Positions 12,101 to 27,100 of a stretch of 64,000 nt of DNA are shown here, in pieces; position 1 is the stretch's first letter, and the number at the start of each line of letters is the position of its first letter. The notes below the pieces were generated by a model. That model was not told the origin of the DNA and did not search any database. It saw nothing but the letters and a program-made list of their open reading frames with translations. A program made the position numbers and the translations under genes. This DNA is from Phoronis australis (Eukaryota; Animalia; Phoronida): NCBI GenBank assembly GCA_002633005.1, contig NMRA01000727.1:1-64000 (forward strand), given 5' to 3'.

Positions 12101-15100
12101 GTATTGGTTATGGTGAGAATTATTCATTTTGCCGAAAAAGAACGCTCAGTAATAAACGCCAACATGGCAACTCGCAATCCCCGGAGCTAGAGCACATCAA
12201 TGTGTCACGACTTCGCAGGTGGATCGTTAAGTTTTACAGGCGTTCAATTCGAACAGGAATACAGTGATGAAGAAATACTAGAGAGCCGCCGTGAACAAGC
12301 TCAGACTACGGAACGTATGTAGTTATTTGGTAAGCCGGCATTCGTCAGGCACGGTCGACGTCCGTCTGCAGGCCACAGACACGGAGATGTTTCACGGCCT
12401 CATACTTGCTATTTACAGCGTACATTTCATTCTTCACTACCATGAGCCACTTCCTAAGCATTTCGGAAGTAAAAAACGTTATACCCGCTTTCCTCGCAGC
12501 TGCTTAGTTCGGACAAGGGGGAACGATGCACCGCAACATAGCGGCATTCACTCTGCATATGAACCACTGACGTCGCAGCGTCGTTTCTCACCTTCCTCAC
12601 AGGTTAACGCGACACCTCTTGGCAAGGTAAGGTCGACCGTATGTGAGGCGATGTGGATATAGACCGATTAAGACGGCAAAAAAGACTAATTAAATCGGGT
12701 GGCATTCTCTTTTAATGTATTTCAAGAGGCATTCCTTGAAAACAGTCCTAGCAGTTCAACATGTAGCTGGCCTAGTATGACTAAAATAAACAATAACCCT
12801 AGAAGCCTAAAACAATAATAAAAGGACACTAATGAAATTAAATTTCTTATTTTTTCATAATTAATGTGCAGTACCACAAGAATCCCGAGTCATATCCAAG
12901 TCTGTACCATAGTTGCTGACAGACAATGATTTGATAACATTGTGGGTCACAACAATGCTAAATGTCCTTGAAAAATCAAAATGAGTAATTTTTTGCAATT
13001 ATTTTTGTCCGAAATAGACAAAATTTACTATAGATACAGTGGCTGAAACCACCTGATTATGAGAAAATTTTCAAATGTTGGAAAAGTACAAATTGCTCTC
13101 AATGCTAATAATTGCACATTTGGTAAAATTGGATCATATATTTCTGCATGGTTCGTATTGATATTTATTATGCAGGTAACACTGCCTTTGTTGTTTTAGA
13201 GCAACTGCATTTAATATTTTGCTGTACTGACTTTGACAGCACTATGAAAGTTGAAAACTTGTTAAAGGGGAATGCCACCCGATTTAATTAGCCTTTTTGC
13301 CGTCTTAATCGATGTATATCCACATCGCCTCGCTTACGATCGACCATACCTTGCCAACAGCTGTCGCGTTAACCTGTGAGAAAGGTGAGAAACGACGTCA
13401 GTGGTTCATATGCAGAGTGAATGCCGCTATGTTGTGGTGCATCGTTCACGCTTGTCCGAACTAAACAGCTGCGACGAAAGCAGGTACATCGTTTTTTTTA
13501 CTTCCTCGAGAGTCCGAAATACTTAGGAAGAGGCTCATGGGGGATTGCGAGATGCCATATTGGCGTTTATTACTGAGCGTTCGGTTTCAAAATGAATTAT
13601 TTTCACCCTAACCAATACTTAATATATAAAACTGAAACAAAGTCTGTCTCATTAGATGCAATTTGTAATGCCTTTGGAGTGTTCGTGAGTGCAAATTATT
13701 TGAGAAGCCAGCAATGAATAAATCACTGCGTTACCGGCTTTAGGTACTATAAAACTAATTGACGGGACACCGAGGCCGTGTGAGCTCATAATTTAGTGTT
13801 TGCTGGCAGAAACTCTTGTGAAACAACTCGATTTCCATCCCACGGCCAGATGTTAGGGGAATCTTTATTTACGTTTGCATTACTCAAATAATCACGTGCA
13901 CATGGCTAACTAGTATAGTATTTTCTTGTTTGGAAGTTTAGTTTCCACTGAACTTTGGGTGGTTTATGTTCGTGATGTCTGATCAGTTTCCGAGCCACTG
14001 GCCGCCGGCGGGATAACGAGCCAATACAGCCGGCCGCGACAGGCCTGATCGGGCTCTGAGCCACTGGCCAGGATAACAAGCGTTTTGTGTTTAGAATTCA
14101 AAAAATCAGAAGTCTAAACAACACAGATCTAGGTTCTCCTGTCTGTATCTCACGGAAAATACTTCGAAATTATCTCCGAACAGACCCCAAACTCCTGCTA
14201 CAGACCTTATTGTCCTGCCGAACTTTGTAGGCTACGGTGTGTCCAAATACCAATAAATCCGTAATAGCGAAATAAAACAACACGTTTTTATAAGAACTCG
14301 GTGTAATTTTAAGGATTTTACATCGAAGTTTGATGATTTATTGGCGTTAAACGATGACTTCAAGCGATAAGCTGACACCAGTGACCCGTGTTGTGAACTG
14401 CTGAACAGACTGCGTGTGAAACCGATGACGTCATTGGATAATTTCAACACCTCCGTCTGCCGTCAGGTGTCAGATAACGCAACCGTACGTGTCGTTATGG
14501 AGTAGAACTACTCGATCTAAATTGATACAAATTAGGTTGTTTTTTAGGTGGCATGCTCCTTTAAGTATAGTGACTGAATGAAAAACAAAGTACATACAGA
14601 TGCAGTTATATTCTCTAAGGTTGTAGGTCACATTTGGTCATCTTTGAGCCTTTGCTGTTTTTAACAATGTAACTTACCCAACAGTAGGTCACCTTTAAGT
14701 AATAAGTTATCTAAAATAAGTAACTTCACTGCTTAGGTTCTGGGATTTGAGGTTCCTTTGAAATTTAGAAAATAAAAAACAATTTCACAATTTCTAACAT
14801 TGTCACAATCTTAATGCTAACACTTTAAACATTGAAGTTTACTGCAAATTTCGTGCAAGCACTTTTTCACCTATTCCTGAGAACACTTTTCACCAATAAA
14901 GTTTCCTGCAACTTTTCCGCAAACACTTTTTCACCAATAAAGTTTCCTGCAACTTTCCCACAAACACTTTTAAACAATAAAGTTTCCTGCAACTTTCCCG
15001 CACACACTTTTTCAATCACCAAGTTTGCCGCGACATTCATGCAAACTTCAGTGTTTGCAGCGAGGTTGCGGCAATGTGTGCGGCTGAGTTGTGGGTAGCG

Positions 15101-18100
15101 GTAAACTCCTGCAAACTTTGGGGCTGGTTTGCTGCAAACAAAATTGTTTGCCGCAAGCTTGCGGCCTGTTTGCTGCAAGCTTGCGGCAAACATGGTCTTT
15201 TGGTATGAGTTACCATATAGTTTGGTATTATCAGGATAGAGACACGACTCATGCTACAGAACCATCTATGCAAGCATTGCCAAAATAGTTCCTTGCTATC
15301 TAACGACCAGGGCCCGGTCTCTAATTTTTGTACTCGAAACGAATTCGAAACTATTTTTGGCAATTTCTCTGCTCCTTTTGTGCGAACTTAAGATAATTGG
15401 TTATAAGACTGTGCTCGAATACATTATAGTTTATGCCGATAGGAGTTTCTAGTTCAAGTTTGGCCTTGAAGACCTTTATATTTGTGCCACAAACTCGAGT
15501 AAAAACTCGAAATTTCGAGTTCAAACTCAAACTTATTGCTTTAATACTGGGTTTACAAACTGTGAACTAAGGGCAATAAATTATCTACATGTACGTAAGT
15601 TATTGTGTACTCGAGCATAGAGGAATAACAGACACTTATCTTGAGTTCGGCCAAAAGTAGAGTAGAAAATGCCAAACCTAATTTCGAGTTCCATTTCAAG
15701 TAAAAAGATTGGAGACCGGGCCCTGAGCAATTTGAGTCGCCAAAGTATGACTAGATCTCACTTCTCGCGATTAACGATTGCGGGACGATATTACGGCTGA
15801 ACAGAAGCAAAACCCAGAGCTATACCACCAAGGATGACCTGACGAGATAATAGATAACTTTCAAAATCTCTCAATCAAATTTGTAGCCACGACTGATTGG
15901 AACAATTTGAAAATCAATCTGAATAATAGGCTGAATCGTTTCAAAATTAGAGACTTATTTTAGTTTGCAAAACAACCGCCTTGTCCTTTTATAGTCATCG
16001 ATGTTTCAGGGCAACCTGTTGAAACTTTGCCATCAATATACTTGTATACGGTTTAGAAAACACGTTTTGAAGTCGCCCGCATGAAACACGCGCGTCTGCA
16101 GAAATGAAAACAAAACATTGCAAAGAATAGACTTTCCGTCTACGTACAATAGACGTACCGGCCCAGGTTACAGCAAGTTTTTCTGGGACACCCCACATTA
16201 CTTATTACGAACCCAAACTCTGCACAAAAAGGTTGTCGCAGCGAGCTTATCTACCCAAGAATTGACAAGAGCAAAGTCTAACCTTCAGAGGAGCACGAGT
16301 CTTTGTTACACTGCAGATACTCCGTGCAACACCCAAGACACGGCAATTCTGTGCAGAGTCGAATTCTGTGAACGATGTCTTTGCCACAGGAGCAACGATC
16401 TGACCACTCTCCCCAAGCGTTTGATGAGACTTCACCTAAAAGAGACGTGTAGTGCATTGGGTTTTTACAAGTTGCTGGACCCGTGTTTAGCGAATAAAAC
16501 GGCTTAAACTCAAACCAAGCTGAACTGGCTTTACATGTATATATCGTAGTCTTTGATCTGAGAACAAAAATCCCCAAGCAATCGTGTAATCGCATCCTGT
16601 AACAAGTATGATGAGAAATGGTTGACGTCCCCGAAAAGGTTTCATCCGCGATTATTGTTAAAAAATTCAAACATGCGCGGTATGGGGATTTGTTGTATCC
16701 GCTTAATTGTTGGTTCTTTCCACATATGCAGTACAGTAAGGTTAAAAAAGATTGCTTAATCTTAACTTTTGCAACTCCATGGCAAACTTTTCTAGAAGTT
16801 TGTTACGCTGTATATTAGCTTGTTCTTACATGCTTTGGTACATTGACATTTTCTCCCTGCTTCGTCTTCAAGGCTTATAATGACAAGGATTGATTGCTCA
16901 GATTGCGAATAGCGACACCTGGCGTCCGCTGGCCATCAATGAAAAACGGCATTTCCCACCAAGTACAGGAAATCATCGTTACGCTGTATCAAAAGTATCG
17001 CGTAAATATATCTGCCAGTCAGAGAGTAGAAGTACCAGTGGCCGTATCCGGATAGTAAAAACTGATAAAAATACGCACTCGAATGTTTAACGGTGTCGTA
17101 CAAAACTTACCCCAACACCAACATATTTTTGTCGGAAAAATTGTTGAAACGGGAGCTTTTCTATTATTTAGAAATTTTACAGCAACCTTGGGGAACTTAC
17201 TGTAGAGGAACGGGACTTGACTTTTAATCCCCAAAGAATGCCTACACCGGATTTACAAGTGAAGCGACGTACGATAGCAATATATTCTGACCTTGAAAGG
17301 AAAGTAAGTCTCACCGGGTCCACTGGAATCACTCGCACCGACACCTGGGTTGCACGGTGAAAGGATACACTTTGTGTGGTTGGTTAGACAGCCTACACAT
17401 TTTCCACTGACACACTTCCTTGTGTTTACTCCTTCGCTTTTACCACACTTGCTTTCACATGTCTTTTTCCAACTGGTCCAGATAGCCATCTTTTTTTCTT
17501 TGCTACTAATGTCGGTGCCTTTGCGGGGACCACCTGAAACGCCAGTGTAATGCCACAAGGGGGTACTGAGTAGTAAATGCTTACTATAGCGTCAACCCTG
17601 TTACCAATTTTAGCTAGTGGACCCTGAGTAGTAAAAGCTTTAAAATAGAATCACTAGCAACTTCGACCATGCAATTTTACTTTGGCGTTTTCCGCTTAGA
17701 GTAAACTAACGCGTTTAAAAGTTTCACATTTTCGTTTAATTTGCCGATGCCGGCATGTAAAAGCTAAGAACTAATAATTACTTATTGACTGCATGCATGT
17801 AAGGGGGAAGTGCGAAGTACCAACGCCTACTGCAGTAGTAACTTCGCTAGAATGACTTTGGGAAAGAGAGCAGACGCTGGACTGCTGTACCAGATGAGTT
17901 TAGCATTCTTGTAAAAAGGACAAGCTTTGGTAGAGAGCCAGTTGGGTTTGAATTTCTCTCCTATCTTCAGTAAATGGTTTAACGTTCATAATTGTTGTTG
18001 TTGATCCAGGCCTTAACCTAAAATTCTCCTAAAATGCTTATACAGTAAGTATAATGTTTCCAGCCTTTGACTAATTGAGCAACTAAAATACCTTGTTGAA

Positions 18101-21100
18101 AGTCGAATTTTTGGAACGCTCTCGGCCAGTCGGAAGCATTAAGTCACAAAACTTGTTTTCCAAAATACGCAATACGGAAAACCTGAAAACTTGATGAAAC
18201 TAATAGCTTATCAATGCAGTCTTCTTCAACAATTATTACCTTAACACACACTATATGCGTCATTGTATGGGTACAGTGCGTGCTAGTAATCTCCAGTGAC
18301 TTTTAAATTGCTAATAAAGTTCCGTTCCCAAGTACTTCTACAGGAGAGTAGCAAGACTTAGCGCATGCGCAGTATTACATGTTACAAATTTCTCACAGTC
18401 GAGTTCTTTCTGCGTATACTAGTTCATGAAACATATGGTTTAAAAATTTTTACATGAAAATAAAAGTATATCTATGCCACTCACATTACGTTGCCAAATC
18501 AATGTACTGTACTTGAACTCTTACGGTTTCATGTTAGTTAAATAGTTTGTGCATGCTTTTTCTATGCTTTGGGCTCCAATGTAATGGTATTTTTAAAAAT
18601 TGCCGAGCACCCAAAATAGATGAATTCGACATGTTAAAGGAAGCACCAGTTTGGGCCTATTTTTTGATTATCTCACTGCTTTAGTTTTAAAGGTTAGCGT
18701 CATCACGTGAACGCGGGGAAACACAATGGCAGATATTAAAGCCGCACAGACAAGAGAAAGCTGACAATCATTCATTTGTCAGAAGTGAGCAACATCTAAA
18801 GTGACCGATCAAGTAAATATGTTCGAACATAATTAAAAAGTCTCAGGCTAACTTTTCTGTGTGTTCTCTATGCTTCGCGTTTTTCCTATCGGTTTTTCTG
18901 TAGCCTGATGTCTTGTTTAATTAATTGGATTTCTGCGTACACAGGTGACTGTGTGGACTAGACAAAGTAACAAAATGAAGTGCATAACTTGACTAACATT
19001 GGCTGAACCATTAAAACAATGAACTTTAATTCACAATCACATTGAGTAATCAAGATCTGATAACCTCCCCTCTGTCGAAAGAATGATTCAGCACAAAGAG
19101 TTTTCCTTGAAACGTGTCGCATAAATGCCCACCAGTTTGAAACTTCTACTGTGTTCAGAAAGGTTGACACACTTCCTTAAATTTCCGAAGTGAGCCGCGT
19201 CTGTTGTTGACACTGCAATAGAACACTCTGGCAGCAGCGTTGCCACGTCAAAACAATGTCAAACCAGAATTATATATTTCAAAATATGTCTAGGTCAGAA
19301 TACATGTTGCAACTAGAATTTCAGTTTTAATGCAACGTCTTCCCAAGAAATTGGATTAGGTATAGTTTACTCGAGTTGTGTCAATTATTGATTAGACACA
19401 ATAAGTAGGGTGTATTACGCCACTTTTGTTTGCTTTACCATCTGTAGGCACAAACTGGTTAAGCGGGAAATACAGCGGAGAAAATATTTCAGCTTCCTTT
19501 TCCTATAGAAAACAACAATGCACTTCCATCTCGAAAAGTGTAATGCTACAATTCCATGATGAAATGACGTCATAGTTGCAGCGCGATTATAATCAAAATC
19601 AAAACGATCGTCGTAAATGTTGATAACGGTTGCCAGGAGAAAGAAACCCCAAAATGGTATCCTACGGCTCAGTGCCCACTTACCATTAGCCAACATGGAG
19701 AAAGGAGCTGCAGCAACCACTTTTCGGTAGCTAGGCAGCTAAAATTAAACACTTAAACAATGGGCAAACTGAAAACTGTGACAATATGATTTACATTCAC
19801 TACGAAATATATGATTTTAGCCCAAATCTTGTGCTCACTCCAGATACATGCAGTCATTCACATTGTTACAAGGCAGGCTGGTTCTTTGATAAACAGAGCT
19901 CCAAATCAGAACTATAACAGGAGTGACTGGTAAACTTAGCAGGCGTTGCCCCCGGTCGATTAATTTGCCTAAAAGGGATGGAGGAGCTGGAGTAAAGGAC
20001 GGGAGTAGAAGGAATGGGAGGGTGATGGCACGCGGTGGTAAAATGGAAGTGATGAAGGCACAACAATTACAATGTTACCAGAGATTGGCACTGCATAGGG
20101 TGAAGCATACAAGTACATGTAGGGAGGCCATCAGTCGGGAGTTCTTAAAGTTTTTTTATAACAAATGCTGCGTTTACCGGACAGAGATTGACCAAGTTGA
20201 ATAGGTCTCCGTCGCGATCTCCTTCAATGAGATGTAAACAGCACCTTCTTCGCATATTTAAGATCTTGCTAAGACACTTAACGCACCTTTCACCTTTTCT
20301 AAGCAGTCTTGACGATGACAAGTGTACGTATAAAGCCGACAACCAAGGCAGTGACCTTCAGCCGAGCATTCTCGTGCACCGTATCCCCGGCCGTATCCAC
20401 TGCCGTAGGTTTCAGACGGTTTGCAACTTGCAGTGCAATTCATGGTCCACGGCAGCCATTTTGCCCGTTCTTGCAATCGTAGTATTCCTTAAAAGCAATT
20501 TTAATGAGGTCACTTGAAGTGGCCAGTTGACTAAACTGCGTTTACATGTACGTATGAAGGCGACTAGTGTCCTAGTTTTCATGTGCAAACATGTGCCTTT
20601 AGATAAATCTTGTTCTTCTGCGTTTAACTTCATCAAAGACCAATGAATAGTAAGACTAAGTACAATGGGAGAATACGTGACCCTCATGGCGGGAAGGTTG
20701 GTTTTCTGACTTGTGCGGACTCTCCCATCTAACAATAACGAAATTAATTTAGTTTGAAGACAGAACGGACAGTAATTCATCTCACATGATTAGGAATAAC
20801 GACCAGACCCCACAAGTGGCAGAAAAAGAACTCCAAGCCAAAACTCTAGTGAACTCCGAGCTTCGACGTCAAAAAACCTCTGAAGCAACCGACAATGGAC
20901 GCCATATTGACAGGAAAGGGACAAAATGTCACCAAGAAGACTCGGTCATTGAAAGATGAACTAAACGAGGCACTCATGGACTCAGATATCCAGTCACTGT
21001 TTACAAACATGATAAAGCCCTTAATTGACGCTGGTTGGTCTGAAATGTATAAAGCACTAGAGCTTCAATACGATCAAAAAATGGCTGAAAAGGATTAAAA

Positions 21101-24100
21101 AATAACAACACTTGAAAATCAACTCGACAAGCTGAAGCAAGAAAGTGGCTCTCAGATACACAGGTTGGAATCTGATTTGGATGAGCTTGAACAGTATAGC
21201 CGCCGAAACTGCGTTGTAATCAGCGGAATAAAAGAAACTGACAAGGAGTGCACAGACGACATTGTTATTGGTCTAGCTAAAAGAATTGGTGCTACCGTTG
21301 AGAAGTCTGACATATGTCGCAGTCACCGCCTAGGTAAAAAATCCAAGGTAATGCCAAGACGAGGTCAATTATAGTGAAATTTACGAATTACAATGCAAGA
21401 GCCGAATTCATGACAAATAAAAAGAAATTGAAAACTGAAGCTGGCAAGATCTACGTTAACGAGAATCTGACCAAAAAACGAGCACAGTTGTACAAGGCTT
21501 GTAGAGACCTGGGCGCCCGGATTCAGAGTTGCTGGACATATGATGGAAGAATTTATTACAAGAACTGGGCCAATGAAATTAAACCGGTGAGCAGCATGGA
21601 AGATTTACAGGGCATCTAACTCTCAGATCAACATTATACACGCAAGCCAGAATATAATACAGTAGTGCAATAGTTTACAACGTCTTGTACTCAGCTTTTG
21701 GTAAGATTACTCACTTTTGTACTATAGTCTGCATGAAAGATGGCTTAATTTCCTTTTTCCGTAAAGTTGATTGAGTTATACGGTAATTCCAATGCTTCGC
21801 ATTATCCATTTATTAATAACCTTTAACTGCTTCTGTACTCCATGTGCAATTGCCAAACTACAAGTGTAGCGTACCATAATTGTCAGGTACTTGGGACCCT
21901 GTTGAGAGACCTCAGTACAAACGTACTTCCCGTACTTCCGGTAGCCATAACTGTGTATATGATTAGCCTATTTTTTTCTTCACGTTAGCCGTTGTGCCCA
22001 ACGTATCGTTTTCATAGCTAACATATACCTGCTACTCAGGCTATGTCAAAGTTCGTGACAACCGTGTCGCGTAGTCTTATTGTTGTAGCTGTGTTCTATT
22101 TTGTTCTATTTTGGTCTAAGCGTCATATAGCTTCATGCTGGGCAATCTATCTGGGAGGCTATTTATGAGAGGGCTTTGTATTGCGTGTAGCCACAGAGTG
22201 CGGGCAACCTTATTAGTTTATGTGTGTGTTCTGTTTGCTCTGTGCGGGCGTCCCGACAAGTCTCAAACGCATACTTTAGAGCCAAATCACTTTACTGAAA
22301 TGTAGTTATCCTTAAATTTCGTTCTACTTGTTTTATGTATGAGACCGTGTGGGCAATGCTTCTAAATGCTTTTATTATAGTCTCATTATGAAAATACTGG
22401 GAGAATAAGCCTTACCATGAGGATCAGTTTTTCTATCCTATGTTACATCGTATTTCACATCGATGTTATACTCTGTGAAATCTATGATGTGCTCGTGGAT
22501 GTGTTTGTATTGTTTTTGTTTTGTTTTGTTTGTATGTGGTGTGAATGGGTCAGGATTGTACCATTATTATTTGATTGTCATTTGATATATGTGCATAACC
22601 GTTGTAATGATGACACGTGAACTTAAAGTAACGTCATTGAACTGCAGAGGGCTGGGTCTCCATGAAAAACGAAAAGATGTACTCAATTATTTAGGAGAAA
22701 AACAATATTCCATCTATTGCCTACAGGACACACACTTTACTAAGAGAGAAGAAAACAATATTAGATCAATGTGGGGATATGAATGTTTTTTCAATTCAAA
22801 TACCTCAAATTCCCGTGGAGTGGCGATCCTCTTTAAGAACACTTTTGAGTATAAATTACATAACATTAGGCAAGACTACAATGGTAATAAATTAATTTTG
22901 GATATTACTATTAATGAGACAAGAATTACGTTAATTAATACGTATTGTCCAAATAGGGACTCGCCGTCATTTTTTGAAAGAATAAAACAAGATATTCAAG
23001 ATATAGGAAATTACTCTGTTATTTGGGCAGGCGATTTTAATCTTGCTCTCGATCAGTCTAAGGACACGCTTAATTATCGACAGGTTAATAATCCGAAGTC
23101 ACGGATTAAGTTGATGGAGATTTGTACAGAATTGTCTATTGTTGATGTGTGGCGGGAACTAAACCCCAGTAGTAAAGAATATACTTGGAGAGCTGGAAGT
23201 AAACGATCCAGACTAGATTTTTTTCTAATTTCTGAAAACCTTTTAGCTGATATTGACGACTCCATAATAGAATTCGGTTACCGTTCCGATCATTCAATGG
23301 TAACGGTTTTTTTTAAAAGTGATGTTTCCAGGAGGAGAAAATCATTTTGGAAGTTTAATAATTCTCTCCTAAAAAACTCTGAGTATATTGCTGCAGTCAA
23401 GAATACTATTAAATTAGTTAAACAACAATATATGACTGACGACATTCAGGCTGTTGATAGTACAAGTAATTCAGATTTACAATTGTCTATAAATGATCAA
23501 CTTTTTCTTGAAACGTTGTTGATGGAGATTCGCGGCAAAACAATTTCCTTTGCCACTTACTTAAAAAGAAAATGTGACAGAGTTGAACAGCAACTTATCA
23601 AAGAAATAAGCTTGTTGGAAAAAAGTCTAAGCCTTGACAGGGAACTACTGGAACAAAAAAATAATTTACTTGCTGAGCTAAGGCAAAATAAGTTAAGAGG
23701 TCTTATGACTAGGTCGAGAGCAAGATGGATTGAAGAAGGTGAAAAGCCTTCCAAATATTTTCTTCACTTGGAAAATAGGCATTACACAAGTAAGTTTATG
23801 CCTTTTTTGTGGAAATCTGACAATACTAAAACCAATAGTGAAGAAGAGGTTATTCAGGAAACCAAAACTTTTTATGAAAATCTATACAAATATAGACATA
23901 CTAACAATACTTCTTTAAAAACTCTTCTTGATAATGTTTGTGTCTCCAAGCTGAATGAGACAGAAAAAGAAAAATTAGAAGGTCTTCTTACATATGAAGA
24001 AGTCACACAATGCTTGAAAAAAATGAAAAACAACAAAAGCCCAGGCTCTGATGGTTTTTCAGTGGAATTTTTGAAATTTTTTTGGGCTGACATTGGACAT

Positions 24101-27100
24101 TTCGTTGTTCGCTCACTTAATACAGGTTTTGCTGTTGGCCAGTTATCCTCAACACAGAAAGAGGGAGTGATCACCTGCATCCCTAAGGGAGCAGATAAAA
24201 GTAAACATTATTTGAAAAACTGGAGACCCATATCCTTGCTCAATGTGACATATAAATTGGCTTCTTCGGCAGTAGCTGAACGGTTAAAATCCGTTTTGGG
24301 AAAAGTAATCAGTAGGGATCAGACAGGTTTCGTTTCTGGAAGAAATATGAACGAAAATATCCGAGTGCTATATGATTTAATGTTTTATGCCCAGGCAGCT
24401 AACAAACCTGGATTGCTTTTGCTGATTGATTTTGAGAAAGCATTTGATTCATTGTCGTGGAATTTTATTCAAAAAACTTTATCTTTCCTTAATTTTGGTT
24501 GGTCGATCAGAAGGTGGGTGAAAGTCTTTTACAGTAATATTAAGTCCTGTGTTGTCGTAAATGGTCACCCATCTTCTTGGTTCAATATTTCGCGTGGCTG
24601 CAGACAAGGTGACCCATTGTCTCCCTACATTTTTATATTGTGCGCGGAGATTTTGGCGTATTTAATCAAGAATAATAAAAATATTGCTGGTGTAGTTGCT
24701 GTGAATAAGGAATATTTGATTTCACAATATGCGGACGACACATCAGTTACGTTGGATGGGTCGCATTTGTCATTGACTACCACACTGGATGTACTACATT
24801 TGTTTGCTAGTGTCTCCGGTCTCCAAGTGAATGTGGATAAAACAAAAGCCATATGATTTGGAAGTAAGACTGGTAGTGATGACGTGGTTCCTACAAAAGA
24901 AATTTAGTCTTGGACAAAAAAATCTTTTAGAATTTTGGGGGTGGATTTTGACACTCAATTGGATAGTATGACGCATAAGAACTTCACTGCAAGAATAACT
25001 GAGATCAAGTCTTTACTAAAAAGTTGGAGTCGACGAAATTTAACGCCGTTTGGTAGAGTAACGGTAATTAAAACATTAGCTATTTCTAAACTTAATTTCT
25101 TGTTGTCAAGTTTACCAAATCCATTAGTGAAAGTCTTGGGTGAATTGAATGCGACATTTTTTAGATTTGTATGGCAGGCCCGTAATGATAAAATTAAACG
25201 AACTGCGGCCTTTTTAGGACTTGATCAAGGGGGAATTCAAATGGTTAATATGCATACTTTCAGCAAAGCTTTAAAACTCGCTATGGCCCGTAGATATCTG
25301 GAAAGCCCTGCATCTAAAAGTGGTGAATTACTGTACTCACTCTACCCGTTCTTAAAGAATTTTGCTTCATTTGGAGATGACTTTATTAAGTCGATGTTAA
25401 CTCTAATAGGTAATTCCTACTGGCGCGACGTATTTGAAAGTATGTAACTTATCTTTCTACAAGAAAATAATTGTTGCAAGAGTAGAGGACTTTTTGAACC
25501 AACCTTTGTGGTTTAATAGTAACTTGTCGATCGGAGGCACAGGTGTTTTATAAGCCTTGGTTTGTAAAAGGCTTAAGATTTATTAGAGATATGTATACCT
25601 CTGATGGTGATTTTGTTAGTCTAAACAATATGAAAAATAAGTTAAACGTGAAAACCAACTTTGTAGAATATAATGGTGTTGTTTCTGTTCTAAGAAGGTT
25701 TCAAAAAGGTCTATTTCAAAGTAAATTTAAAACTGTTAATGTCTACTCTCCTTGCATGCCTTTAGCAATTACTCACTTACGGAAAGATTTGAAGGGTTGT
25801 AAACATATTTGTTCAGTCTTTAATAACGTTAAGAAACCTAAGTCAGAGTCTAAATGGAAAATAGAGCTAGGAGAAAATATATGCTTTACCTTACAAAATT
25901 ACAAAGGATCCCCATACTAGATGGTTCCAATTTAGAATACTACATAGAATTATTGCAACAAATACCTTTTTAGTCAAAATATGTGTTAGGGATTCTGATC
26001 TATGTTCCGTTTGTAATAAAGCTCCAGAGACGCTGTCACACCTTTTTTGGGAATGTAGCTTTGTACAAGATTTCTGGAAGGAATTCGTAAAGCTACTTCA
26101 AAAGTGTGGCCTTCAGCTTCCCAACTGTCTGTCTTACGATATTGTTATTCTTGGACTTTACAAGACGCATGATTTTCTATTTAACATTTTGCTTCTACTA
26201 GCTAAACAGTACATTTACAAAGAGAGATGTCACAAAAATTGTCAACTAAACAAATAAAAAACATCGTCGTTGGCTTTTGTGTAATAGGTAACATTTTACA
26301 CTTGCGTTTTTTCATAAACTTAGATATCCCGCTTTTTATCCGGATGCAACCCAGTTGTTCTAATGTTGGCAACAACATGTATGCAATAAGTGTTCAAAAT
26401 AGCATAGTGTCTCTATCATTTTTCAGAACTCACTTTCTGTAGTAACAGAACAGTCGTGAGCATGTTTCTCAGTGTCTCTTGTTTACGTTAATAAACTGTG
26501 CATGGCAAAGTATCATCATTTTTACTTTTTGAAGAAACTGGCTTATTTCGTAATTTCTACGCCGAGTCCTACACTGTAAGCAATGTAGCGAGCTATTCAC
26601 AGTGTAGTTTAAAGCTATTCAATGGATGTTTGCCCATTTTTATTTATCAAGAAATCCGAAATTAAGATCGATAGACGGAATTATTAGTTTGTCGCATTAT
26701 TATGAAGGTAACTGCACCTTTGAATTTTCATTGAATAACAAAAGAACGGATCCAAAAGTCCATTAAATATATATGTACAAAGATATATAATTTTCATGGA
26801 ATGCCTCATTAAATTCTTCACAACATCTGTGTGGATCCATATTCTAAAATCGTAATTTTTCTGCCGGAGCAATCCATTGAATTTCCTTGCTGATTTAATT
26901 AATCATTTATGTAACCTCATTGTGTGTCTATGTTACACTTAAACATTAAATTAATAGGCATTCCAATTAATTAGTTGACTACTTTGACTACCTATCCAAT
27001 CAGTAGGTGAAGGGCTTCATTATATAACTCGGTAATTCTCGCATTTTGGTAAAACTATTTGTTTCTAGAAATAAAAATTATCTTTGAAACCAGGTATGCA

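Larger units (their letters stand above)
8052..15209. mobile_element. Degenerate EnSpm/CMC-like non-autonomous shell hosting nested insertions
   Basis: Imperfect TIR CCCATATTAAAAAGGCC vs reverse-complement CTCATACCAAAAGACC; TT on both flanks (2-bp TSD); inverted subterminal arrays of GCCGCAAGCTTG/CTGCAAAC motifs at 8070-8290 and 14840-15190. Family assignment is inference. Confidence 0.5.
20790..26230 (+). mobile_element. Near-full-length non-LTR retrotransposon, Tx1/L1 group, inactivated
   Basis: ORF1 remnant, about 1-kb spacer, ORF2 with APE endonuclease, RT and C-terminal CCHC; 3' end truncated with no tail; boundaries approximate. Confidence 0.9.

Noticed and set aside
20140-20465. Possible Harbinger transposase N-terminal remnant (minus strand)
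   Set aside because: Only faint similarity across several stops; no TIRs found.
25364-25385. ASFGDDF resembling ATIC SSFGDF
   Set aside because: Lies in frame within LINE ORF2; coincidental.
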